Virus record (IMG/VR): IMGVR_UViG_3300042921_000093
Span: 1-35,433 of that record
Length of the DNA: 35,433 nt
DNA from: a virus
Taxonomy: Duplodnaviria > Caudoviricetes
Direction: 5' to 3' (one strand)
In this document: piece after piece, positions 9,675-17,401 of the stretch
Layout: each line of letters begins with the position of its first letter
How positions within the stretch are numbered: position 1 is the stretch's first letter
Notes under the pieces: model-generated
The model's database searches: none
Told to the model about the DNA's origin: nothing
Seen by the model: only the letters and a program-made list of their open reading frames with translations
Translations under genes and position numbers: made by a program

Positions 9675-10766
9675 CTAGATGATCTGTCCGTCGTAGAGCA
9701 CGACGATCTCGTGGCCAACGCCACTGGCGGCGGCGACCAGCGGTCCGCCCGTCGCGCATGTTGAAACCTGCACGTCCTCAAGATGCGAGCGCAGGGATTT
9801 TACCCGATCGACCGTCGCCAGCGCGCGTTTCAGTTCCCCGAGCGACGCGACCGGCGCGTCAGGCGCAGCCTCGACGAAAAGACGATAGGTATAGGGTGCG
9901 CCCGGCACTTGCTGCCGGTGCCATTCGACCACGCGCGCGTCGATGGCCAACGCGCCCAGCGCTTCGCGCACGGCCCCGGCCGTGCCCTTCTTGCGCTGCA
10001 CCGCGATGGCGGTGCGGATGACATCCCGCTTCTGGTCTTCTGGCCAGTCCGGCTGCCACTGATCGACCGAGAGTGCCCAGGCGAGCCACGGCAGGACATG
10101 CGCGGGGCACGTATCCGGATTCCAGACGCTGCGCACCGCGATCGGCACGTCGCGTGTGATCGTGCGTTCGATGGCGCGTTCCTGCGCGGTGGCGTTCTGC
10201 GGCAGGAGAGAAGGCTCCGGCAAAGAGTCATTGACCTGCTCTGTCCGCTCCAAGTGCAGGATTGCCTTAACGTCGAGAAGGTATGCTGTGCGCGCTGATT
10301 TGCTCGACACGTTGGCAGCTTGAATAACCAGCCTCAGACCATTTAGTAACGCGCCGACGGTCAAATCGCCGGGCAGGCCCATCGTGTCGTGCCGCCCCCC
10401 GAACTCGTGAACTTTGACTTTCGTATCGCCGCTAAAAATGGCCGCATCACTCCAACGGCCACCGATGAAATCGGTGCCGTCTATGCCCGCCACGGAAAGC
10501 TGGAACCGCTCGAACACCACTTGGGAAGTCTCGCCTCTGGTCACTACAAAAAGCGACACGCCGACAAATCGAAACCTCTCGGGATCGTCATCGAAACTGC
10601 TAGAAAGCAAGGCCTCGATCGGCGCGCTGACACCACCTGGGGCGACGTCATTGACTGCGTTTTCAGTGCCGAAGAGACCCGGAATTGCCGGATGAACTTG
10701 CGGCTTTAGCGACCAGTCCCCCAAGTCCCGCACAGCAGCGGTCAGACCGATATCAATCTCAGCCAC
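9675..10766 (-). CDS. Baseplate protein gpI-like, with ~180 aa extra N-terminal domain
   Basis: gpI domain SLLPQNAT..ER...WNPDTCP...LPWLAWALSVD.W...KKGT begins near 10215; frame is open back to a GTG at 10766 coupled to the upstream ORF stop. Confidence 0.8.
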   Translation of the reverse strand: MAEIDIGLTAAVRDLGDWSLKPQVHPAIPGLFGTENAVNDVAPGGVSAPIEALLSSSFDDDPERFRFVGVSLFVVTRGETSQVVFERFQLSVAGIDGTDFIGGRWSDAAIFSGDTKVKVHEFGGRHDTMGLPGDLTVGALLNGLRLVIQAANVSSKSARTAYLLDVKAILHLERTEQVNDSLPEPSLLPQNATAQERAIERTITRDVPIAVRSVWNPDTCPAHVLPWLAWALSVDQWQPDWPEDQKRDVIRTAIAVQRKKGTAGAVREALGALAIDARVVEWHRQQVPGAPYTYRLFVEAAPDAPVASLGELKRALATVDRVKSLRSHLEDVQVSTCATGGPLVAAASGVGHEIVVLYDGQII

Positions 10767-11040
10767 GCGCGCGCTCCTCTGCCCAGCGCGCGACCGCGCG
10801 GCTGTGCGTGTGTTGCGCGACCAGCGCCGCAAACCACTTGGCCGTCTCGTGGTCACACAGGTGGCGCATGTCTGCCAACGCGCGCATGGGCGCAATCAGG
10901 GCGATCTCGGCCGGGGTCGCCCTGATCACGGTAACCGGCGCATCAAGATGATCTTGCGCCCAGGCGAGGAACGGGCAATCATCTTCATGCGCGTCGAAAG
11001 CGGCAATCCAGTCGCCGAGCGTGTCGGTCAGATCATACAT
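10759..11040 (-). CDS. Hypothetical protein between gpJ and gpI
   Basis: 93 aa ORF overlapping both neighbours by 8 nt. Confidence 0.6.
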   Translation of the reverse strand: MYDLTDTLGDWIAAFDAHEDDCPFLAWAQDHLDAPVTVIRATPAEIALIAPMRALADMRHLCDHETAKWFAALVAQHTHSRAVARWAEERARG

Positions 11041-11932
11041 CGGTGCCGCCCACCGTGACGATCACACCGGTCGAGAACGCCGCCTCTCCGTCTCCCATCA
11101 CGAGGCTGGCGGCGGGAGAGTTGAGAATGACATTCTGCACGCCGGGCCGGTGAAGCGCGGCATATATGCCCGATAGTGTGACATCATACCCCAGCCGATG
11201 CTGACGCGCAGCGTAAGTCGTGGCCTCCTTTTCTGCGGACAGGCGCACCACCTCAGCGTCGGGTCCGGGGAACAGGATCAGCTCGGCCTCGATGGCGTAT
11301 GGCGTAATGGCTGCGGACTGCACCATGACCCGGTCGGTCATGGGGCGAATCGTGTCGCCACTCAGGATGGCCTGCACCGCCTCGACCAGGTCGGCTGACG
11401 CGGTGCCGTCGCCGTCGCGAGACATCACGTATACCGTGACCTCGCCCGGTAACGGGCTGACGGCCTGCGCATCGAGCACTTTGGGATCAGCGCCCAGGGC
11501 GTGGAATTCATAGCTCCCGCGGCTGCCCGCCGTGGTCAGGCCCTCGGGCGAAATCTGGATCCGACGGCGGAAGTCGGCATCGCTTTCCAGCGTCGGCGGG
11601 ATCGGCGGCAGGGCATCGGGATTGCCAGGATCGAGCGTCAGGCGCGCCACGCTGTAGTTCGCGCCGATCTGGTCGAGATCGGCCCCCGAGGCATAGGCGA
11701 GCATCACGGCTTGCGCGGCCTCGTTGATACGCTGGCGCAACAGCGTTTCGCGCCACGCGGCCACCTCCAGTATCTTGAACGCCGGATCGCTTTCGACGAG
11801 GGCGGTGAATGCCGGATCGCGCGCGCGCAGGTCTGCGACCATGTCGCTCAGCACGCGTTCGAAATCCAGCTCGTCGACGATATCCGGCGCGGCCAGCTGG
11901 GTCAGGTCGACCGCGGTGAAGGATCCTGCCAT
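11033..11932 (-). CDS. Baseplate protein gpJ-like
   Basis: ATG at 11932; DLTQLAAPDIVDELDFE, ESDP..K.LE, ESD..FR.RIQ...E....AG..G.Y.FHAL. Confidence 0.93.
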   Translation of the reverse strand: MAGSFTAVDLTQLAAPDIVDELDFERVLSDMVADLRARDPAFTALVESDPAFKILEVAAWRETLLRQRINEAAQAVMLAYASGADLDQIGANYSVARLTLDPGNPDALPPIPPTLESDADFRRRIQISPEGLTTAGSRGSYEFHALGADPKVLDAQAVSPLPGEVTVYVMSRDGDGTASADLVEAVQAILSGDTIRPMTDRVMVQSAAITPYAIEAELILFPGPDAEVVRLSAEKEATTYAARQHRLGYDVTLSGIYAALHRPGVQNVILNSPAASLVMGDGEAAFSTGVIVTVGGTDV

Positions 11933-12270
11933 CAGCTCACCTCTATGCCGTCGATCGTGATTTGTTGTCCGTCCGGCAGATAGGTGCCGATCAGCGAGAG
12001 AACTACGCGGCCCGGCTCGGCTCGGTCGGCGCTCACATTCTCGACCTCGATGCGCGGCTCCCACGTGGCGAGGGCCTCGGCGGTGGCGGTGAAAAGATCG
12101 AGCAGGGTGGGACCGTTGATCGGTGCATCGACCAGCTGATACAGGCGGGACCCGTAGGCGCGGCGCATGACGCGCGTGCCGATGGGCGTTGTCAGGATAT
12201 CGCGGACGGACTGGCGCAGATGGTCCAGCCCAGACAGGCGCTTTCCGGTGGTCGCATCGATGCCGTTCAT
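11932..12270 (-). CDS. Baseplate protein gpW/gp25-like
   Basis: MNGIDATTGK.L...DHLRQSV.DILTTP.GTRVMRR.YGS, WEPR. Confidence 0.93.
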   Translation of the reverse strand: MNGIDATTGKRLSGLDHLRQSVRDILTTPIGTRVMRRAYGSRLYQLVDAPINGPTLLDLFTATAEALATWEPRIEVENVSADRAEPGRVVLSLIGTYLPDGQQITIDGIEVS

Positions 12271-12277
12271 GGCGCGG

Positions 12278-12322
12278 ATCATGCGGCGCAGCGCAGGCCG
12301 CGATCCATTGGCGTTTTTCCCC
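12278..12322 (-). promoter_or_regulatory. Late promoter copy 2 (gpW/J/I/fibre)
   Basis: GGGGAAAAACGCCAATGGA (12322-12304), 20 nt spacer, CATGAT. Confidence 0.7.
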
Positions 12323-12324
12323 GA

Positions 12325-12588
12325 TCAGCCGGCCGAAACGTCGCTCGACCCGCTGGCAACGTGGCCGCAGCTTGCGGCATCCCCGGCACGACAGACCGCG
12401 ATCCCGCCCGCGCGCACAGTGCCGCTGCCCTGCGCCATTACCGCTGCGGCGTGCGGCGGCTTGCCGTGTGGTGCGACCGCATCACCCACGACTGCAACCG
12501 GGCTTCCGTTGATGATCACGCTAGCGACCAGCACGCCGGTGATCGTGCCGCCCGCGCTGTCCTGCCCTGTCCGCGCGACACCCGCCAT
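12325..12588 (-). CDS. PAAR-domain spike tip protein
   Basis: MAGVARTGQD..GG, V.INGSPVAVVGD...PH...H, GSGTV.AGG..V.R.GD...CGH. Confidence 0.9.
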   Translation of the reverse strand: MAGVARTGQDSAGGTITGVLVASVIINGSPVAVVGDAVAPHGKPPHAAAVMAQGSGTVRAGGIAVCRAGDAASCGHVASGSSDVSAG

Positions 12589-13013
12589 CAGTTGAGCTCG
12601 ATTTGCGCGCCCGTGACGCGCACGCCCGCCGCATCGAGCACCAGCGACGAGCCGTTGCTCTCGAAGATAATGGACTCGGCGGTCATGGTTAGCGACGATC
12701 CGCCGATCTCGATGCGATACGCACCGCCATCCGACGACGGCGCGCCGTTTGCCGCGCTGAACAGCGAGCCGACAATCACGCCCTGGTTGGACTCGCCGCC
12801 CGGCGAAACCACTACGACCTGCTCCCCAACCGCGAGCGGCGACCATTCGGACACCACCCCAGCGCGCGCCGCCGCCCAGGGCAGCCAGGCCGATTCCGCC
12901 TCGCCGCCCAAGCTGACGCGAGCGCGCGCCGTCACGGTGTCGACCTCGACCACCTGCCCCAAGCGCACGATGCCTGTCAGGCGGCGCTCCTGGTCTGCCT
13001 GCATCCAGCTCAT
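12588..13013 (-). CDS. Baseplate spike protein gpV-like
   Basis: IVRLGQV.EVD....ARV......S.WLPW...RAG....W.P..VGEQV....P.G. Confidence 0.92.
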   Translation of the reverse strand: MSWMQADQERRLTGIVRLGQVVEVDTVTARARVSLGGEAESAWLPWAAARAGVVSEWSPLAVGEQVVVVSPGGESNQGVIVGSLFSAANGAPSSDGGAYRIEIGGSSLTMTAESIIFESNGSSLVLDAAGVRVTGAQIELN

Positions 13014-13549
13014 TCGGGCTCCAGCACGTTCCGGTATGCATCCTCGTTGCCCGGCCCGATCTCCGGCACCACGCTGTAGAGCACGTCATTCGGGATGGTG
13101 CCGTCATTGACCCAGACCGACGCGCCGAGATGCACGACCTGCGCCCAATCGACGCGCCACACGACATATTGATCAAGCTCTGGCGAGAAGTCATCCGGAC
13201 CGATCGTGAGCACCTCTGCCGGGCCAACGGGCATACCCCATCGGTTTAGGCGGGCAAACGCGCCCAGCGCAGCCGCAAGCTTGCGAATCTCGCGCTCGGC
13301 CGAGGCCGTGCGAAACCCGATAATCACCCGCGCCTCGAACCGCGCCGTCATCGCCAGCTGACCGGTGCCGGGATCTTCATCCGGCGCGGCCTCAAGGTCG
13401 ACAAGCTCGATCAGCACAGCGGGCAGCGGCAGGGACTTGCGATCCTCCCGGTAATCCTCGACGGTCGCCAAGTCAGGGAACTGCCCGGCGACCGCATCAA
13501 TGATCGCTTGGTGGAGTGCGTCGAGAGAGATTTCCGTCACGGCATTCAT
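13010..13549 (-). CDS. Putative tail completion/terminator protein
   Basis: ATG at 13549 (MNAVTEISLDALHQAI), PAVLIEL, W.V.W.Q..HLG; position before gpV. Confidence 0.7.
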   Translation of the reverse strand: MNAVTEISLDALHQAIIDAVAGQFPDLATVEDYREDRKSLPLPAVLIELVDLEAAPDEDPGTGQLAMTARFEARVIIGFRTASAEREIRKLAAALGAFARLNRWGMPVGPAEVLTIGPDDFSPELDQYVVWRVDWAQVVHLGASVWVNDGTIPNDVLYSVVPEIGPGNEDAYRNVLEPE

Positions 13550-13839
13550 CCCGTGGCCCTCTTGATCTGCCACACATTCCATCCCACCACGCCCGCGACG
13601 CCGAGGGCCATGATCGCCACGGGCAGGATCGTCCCTGACCACCATTGCAGCGCCCCGGCCACGGCCCACGCGGCCCCGAGACGCGGCACCCACCACCAGC
13701 GGCCAAGCCGCGCCTGCATCCAGCGCCATACGGGGTGCGCCTCGGTCACGCCTCGCGTGAGAAACGCCCGTGTGCTCAGCACGTCGCCAAGCTGCGCGGC
13801 GGCGAAGGCCATCCAGATAAGTGCCTCGATATGGGTCAC
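13546..13839 (-). CDS. Small membrane protein
   Basis: 97 aa, about three hydrophobic segments, D..ST...L.RG..EA.P motif (DUF5658-like); coupled starts and stops. Confidence 0.6.
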   Translation of the reverse strand: MTHIEALIWMAFAAAQLGDVLSTRAFLTRGVTEAHPVWRWMQARLGRWWWVPRLGAAWAVAGALQWWSGTILPVAIMALGVAGVVGWNVWQIKRATG

Positions 13840-14252
13840 GCCTCATCCTCCTGCGGCGCAAGCGACAGGCCCATCCCCTCGACGGCGGCAGCCCCCGCAA
13901 GTCCGATGATCGACGTGATCTTGCCCGGCTGCGCGAGGGGCAGCGGCGCGTCCGGTTGCTCGGGGTCGATGACGTGCAGCACAAGCGCGACCTGTGCGCG
14001 GCTCGCGGCATCCATGTCGATCACGCCATCCACGTCCCACAAGGGGCGCTGCAATGCCCCACTCACGCCCTCTACCCACGCTGGCGAGACCCAGAGGTGC
14101 CGGACGATGTAGAGGTTTCCCGCCGCGTCCTGATGCAGCGGCGTTTCCCATGTCCGCGCGTCATCCGGGCCAGAGCCAAGAACCATCGCCAGATGATTTG
14201 CGTCAGGGGCGATGTCCGCACTCACGGCTGTCGGAACAAAGATGTTGGTCAT
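13836..14252 (-). CDS. Hypothetical virion-associated protein
   Basis: 138 aa, overlap-coupled to both neighbours. Confidence 0.65.
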   Translation of the reverse strand: MTNIFVPTAVSADIAPDANHLAMVLGSGPDDARTWETPLHQDAAGNLYIVRHLWVSPAWVEGVSGALQRPLWDVDGVIDMDAASRAQVALVLHVIDPEQPDAPLPLAQPGKITSIIGLAGAAAVEGMGLSLAPQEDEA

Positions 14253-15679
14253 AGCTGCACCTCCGGGGTGTTGGCGGCAATCACACGCTCGGCCCGGTCA
14301 AGATCGAGTGATGGCAGGATGTAGTCTGTAAGGGCCAGTCCGTAGATGTGGCCGTTGAGAAACGCGCTGGTCCCGGCCCTTGAGCCTATGTAAAGGAGAT
14401 CGGATCGAAAGGTTCCACCGCCGAAATCACCAGACTGGTCAATCGTAGGGGGGTTTTTATTGGCCTGAAAATCCAGAATGTCGGACTCCAAATCAGCCAA
14501 GCTGGAATAGATTGTAGGGGCTCTCCGAGGCACGCTCAGAAGAAGGTTACGAAATACCGTGCCGCGTGCGCCAAAACCGTCGAGGCCATTGCCGTTGACT
14601 GAGGCACCGAGACTGAATGCGCCGTTATTAAGATCAGATCTGGGTCCAAATACAGCGATGGGTGCGAATGAAAGCGCAAACTTCTCTGCCCCCACCAGCA
14701 AGCTCATTTGCGACGTGTGCGTCAGGTCGATCTGCGGCGTGCTCATCCAGCGGGGATCGCTTGGCCCGCCGAAATACAGGTAGTAGCAATCGCGCTGCCC
14801 GGTCTCGGTGATGTCAAATTGCGAGCGCGCACGCTGATATGCGGTAAGGCTTGCGCCCGCCTCAAGCTGAAACCCGCTGACCCTGAACCCGCGCGCCGAG
14901 TTCGAGTCTGTTTTAAAAACCCCCGTATTTTGAAGGTCCGACGAAAGGCTGGTTGCATTGCGCGAGACACGCCATAATCCGGGGCTAACTTCAACGGGAG
15001 CAAGCTCGAATACGCCGCTGCTGCTATTGCCGATAACCAAGGTGAAATCCGTTCCCGGAACAGGGGCCGCGCCATCATCCATCCGCACGAAACACGATAG
15101 TGTGTATTCGGTATTCGGCTCAACTCCGTGATCGCGGTAAGCAATACGATTGCCGACTGCGCCACCGGGGAACTGGATCGTTCCGTCAAATCCAGGCAAT
15201 CCGTTTGCTGCATCAGTGACGCCCGTTTTGTTAGTCAGTTGTGCAAAAGTTGGTTCAGACAGTGGCGAGAGGTTCCGCTTGCCCGCTTTCGGCACCCTAC
15301 CAAAGATGGGCCGCGCCGCCGCCGTGGCCTGCACCGGGTGCCGGTCATTGCCGCTGGTGTCCCTCCAGAACGCGCATGTATCGCCGGGCGCGCAGGGCAC
15401 CGTGCCAGCAAGATCGGCAAAGCATGTCGTCGGGCTGGGGATTGTCAGGACGCCCGTCGCACCGCTCTGAAACAGCGCCTCGGCCCGCCAGTTGGAGATG
15501 ATGGCAAAAACAGACGTGCTGTTTGCCGTCAGCCGCTCGCCGGTATCCCACCAGCCGATAGGCACCGGCTGATCTGCTGCTGTGAGGGCAGAAATCGGGC
15601 TGAGGGATTGGGCAAGCTTCCCCAACTCGACTTCGACGCGCTCAAGGGCTACAAGCTTTGGGATTTTTACGGTCGTCAT
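14249..15679 (-). CDS. Putative head spike/adhesin with carbohydrate-binding-like and LamG-like beta domains
   Basis: 476 aa; W.D.SGN.RH..Q.T.AARP, YTLS.FV, G.WRVS, G.QLEAG...TAYQ, LYIGSRAG....NGHIYG; lower GC in the central and C-terminal parts. Confidence 0.6.
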   Translation of the reverse strand: MTTVKIPKLVALERVEVELGKLAQSLSPISALTAADQPVPIGWWDTGERLTANSTSVFAIISNWRAEALFQSGATGVLTIPSPTTCFADLAGTVPCAPGDTCAFWRDTSGNDRHPVQATAAARPIFGRVPKAGKRNLSPLSEPTFAQLTNKTGVTDAANGLPGFDGTIQFPGGAVGNRIAYRDHGVEPNTEYTLSCFVRMDDGAAPVPGTDFTLVIGNSSSGVFELAPVEVSPGLWRVSRNATSLSSDLQNTGVFKTDSNSARGFRVSGFQLEAGASLTAYQRARSQFDITETGQRDCYYLYFGGPSDPRWMSTPQIDLTHTSQMSLLVGAEKFALSFAPIAVFGPRSDLNNGAFSLGASVNGNGLDGFGARGTVFRNLLLSVPRRAPTIYSSLADLESDILDFQANKNPPTIDQSGDFGGGTFRSDLLYIGSRAGTSAFLNGHIYGLALTDYILPSLDLDRAERVIAANTPEVQL

Positions 15680-15680
15680 G

Positions 15681-15956
15681 TCATACCTCTATGATGATGT
15701 GGGGATACGGCTCATCGACTTCCGTGAATTCCTGCGATAAAAAAAGCCGCATTGCGCGCGAGTTTTGATCCTCGAGCCGGACCTCTGCCAGCCGTGGATC
15801 GGCGTCCGGGTCAGTGTTCAACACGATGTAATTTTCGCCCGGAGCATCTGCGAGATTTGCGGCGATGGAAAAGAAATCGCGCTCGACAAGCCCGCGTCGA
15901 ACCGTGTCGCCGACCAGCCCCTGCCGGACGCGCGTGCCCATTTTCAGGAGGCTCAT
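15681..15956 (-). CDS. Hypothetical protein
   Basis: ATG at 15956 overlaps the upstream TGA; 91 aa. Confidence 0.6.
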   Translation of the reverse strand: MSLLKMGTRVRQGLVGDTVRRGLVERDFFSIAANLADAPGENYIVLNTDPDADPRLAEVRLEDQNSRAMRLFLSQEFTEVDEPYPHIIIEV

Positions 15957-16183
15957 GTGTGCAGCCTGTAAGACGCGCCACCGGTCGGAACGATTCGCAC
16001 CTTTGCTCGAAGAAACGTAATTCGCGAAACGCCATCCTCGTTGATTGTATCCGAAGTAATCCACACGTCGGTGTCGTGCTGGACCTGCACTGCGACTGCG
16101 CCGCCGTTGGCCTGCACGCTCATGACGTATTCACCCATGAGATGCCCGAACTCCTTGGTCTGCGTGTCTGCCACTTCACCCAA
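15953..16183 (-). CDS. Small beta-rich hypothetical protein
   Basis: ~75 aa with alternating hydrophobic strands; start codon uncertain. Confidence 0.55.
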   Translation of the reverse strand: MGEVADTQTKEFGHLMGEYVMSVQANGGAVAVQVQHDTDVWITSDTINEDGVSRITFLRAKVRIVPTGGASYRLHT

Positions 16184-16724
16184 CCTGGTATATCGTCCGG
16201 GCGCGCACCTCGGCCCGGAAATTTTTCATGAAGGCCTCGGCCATGTCGCCGAACACCTTGCGCTCGAGTATCTCGGTAATCTCGTCCTGCACCGAGACGG
16301 TCACCCGAAAGATCGGCAGGCGCGTGCGCCCGGACCGCTTGAACACCATCTGCCGCGCGCTCGTGTCGCTGGTGCCCACGAATGCGCCGTCGATGTCGCG
16401 ACCGCCGACGCTGGCCCCGGTCGCCGTCTGACGCGTCTTTCCCTTGAGCGCGGTTGCTGGCAGGTCGTTGGCCCCCACCCACAGGCGCGCAGCCCCGATC
16501 TTCTGGCCGCGCGGGCGCATCTTTGCCAGCCGCAAACGCGCCTTCAGGATCGCGGCCGAGCGCAGATCAAGACCCTCGCGCAGCGCCTTGCGGGCCTGCG
16601 TGCGCAGCGTGCGCGCCGTGCGCGCAAGGGCGCGGGCATAGGCCAGGCGCAGATCCTTTTCGCTCGCCTCGAACTCCCGCGCGATGCGATCCAGCTCGCT
16701 GGCGTCGATGGGCAGGCCGATCAT
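16176..16724 (-). CDS. Minor tail/neck protein (lambda gpZ-like)
   Basis: Basic 182 aa; RALARTARTLRT, GAF......VFKR.G..RLPI. Confidence 0.75.
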   Translation of the reverse strand: MIGLPIDASELDRIAREFEASEKDLRLAYARALARTARTLRTQARKALREGLDLRSAAILKARLRLAKMRPRGQKIGAARLWVGANDLPATALKGKTRQTATGASVGGRDIDGAFVGTSDTSARQMVFKRSGRTRLPIFRVTVSVQDEITEILERKVFGDMAEAFMKNFRAEVRARTIYQVG

Positions 16725-17041
16725 GCAGGTCTCCGTGCAAGCGCCAGCGTGGCAAGGCCGGTGCCGTCGGGCTGCGGAGCGCTCATCACGTCAAAGGTGG
16801 TGCCCCCGATTGTGGCGGTGTCACCGCGCAGCACACCGGGCACATCCGTCTCGCGGCACAAGAGGCGCGGCTGATCGGTATCCGCCACATATTCGCCGAG
16901 CTGCGCGTCGAGATAGGGGGCGTCGAAGATCGCTTTGACGGTCAGCGTGCCACCACCCTGCCGCGCGATCTCCGCCTCGGTCGCGAATTCATCCGTGTCG
17001 AAGAATACGGATGTATCCTCCCAGCCTGGCGCGAGCGACAT
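16721..17041 (-). CDS. Head-tail joining protein (gpFII-like)
   Basis: FFD.DEFA, IFD.PY, GD...I.G..F.V....PDGTG. Confidence 0.75.
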   Translation of the reverse strand: MSLAPGWEDTSVFFDTDEFATEAEIARQGGGTLTVKAIFDAPYLDAQLGEYVADTDQPRLLCRETDVPGVLRGDTATIGGTTFDVMSAPQPDGTGLATLALARRPA

Positions 17042-17055
17042 GGCTTACCCCCAGA

Positions 17056-17340
17056 TCAAGCGTCCCCGCCGTCGCCCGCGCCGTCGCCACCGGCGGGGTT
17101 TTTTGCCTCGTCACCGTCGTCTGCTTTCGCGGGCTTCGGCGCGGGCTTGCGCTTCGGCGCGGGCTTCTGGTCGCTGTCGGCGTCCACGTCATCGCGGCCC
17201 CCGGTGGCAATCTCTGCCTTGCCGAGCGACAGAAGGCGGCGCGCGTCGCGCTCGGGCAGCGTGATATCGCTATCCCGAACGCGCAGCTTGCCCCCCCACA
17301 TGAACGCCGAGGTGACTTTGAGTTCGATCATCTTTGCCAT
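17056..17340 (-). CDS. Small head-associated protein
   Basis: 94 aa after capsid gene; A..L...G.A motif and low-complexity charged tail. Confidence 0.6.
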   Translation of the reverse strand: MAKMIELKVTSAFMWGGKLRVRDSDITLPERDARRLLSLGKAEIATGGRDDVDADSDQKPAPKRKPAPKPAKADDGDEAKNPAGGDGAGDGGDA

Positions 17341-17401
17341 AGTAAACTTCCTCTTGCTTATGGCCGCCCGGGGTGCCGGTCAGCGCCCCGGATCAATCGC
17401 G

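Noticed and set aside
8277-15679. Diversity-generating retroelement or invertible tail-fibre switch
   Set aside because: No reverse transcriptase or invertase gene; I noticed no template/variable repeat pair or inverted repeats
17368-17391. GC-rich hairpin after the capsid gene as a terminator
   Set aside because: No U-tract follows on the coding strand; could be an mRNA-stabilising hairpin but is not supportable as a terminator
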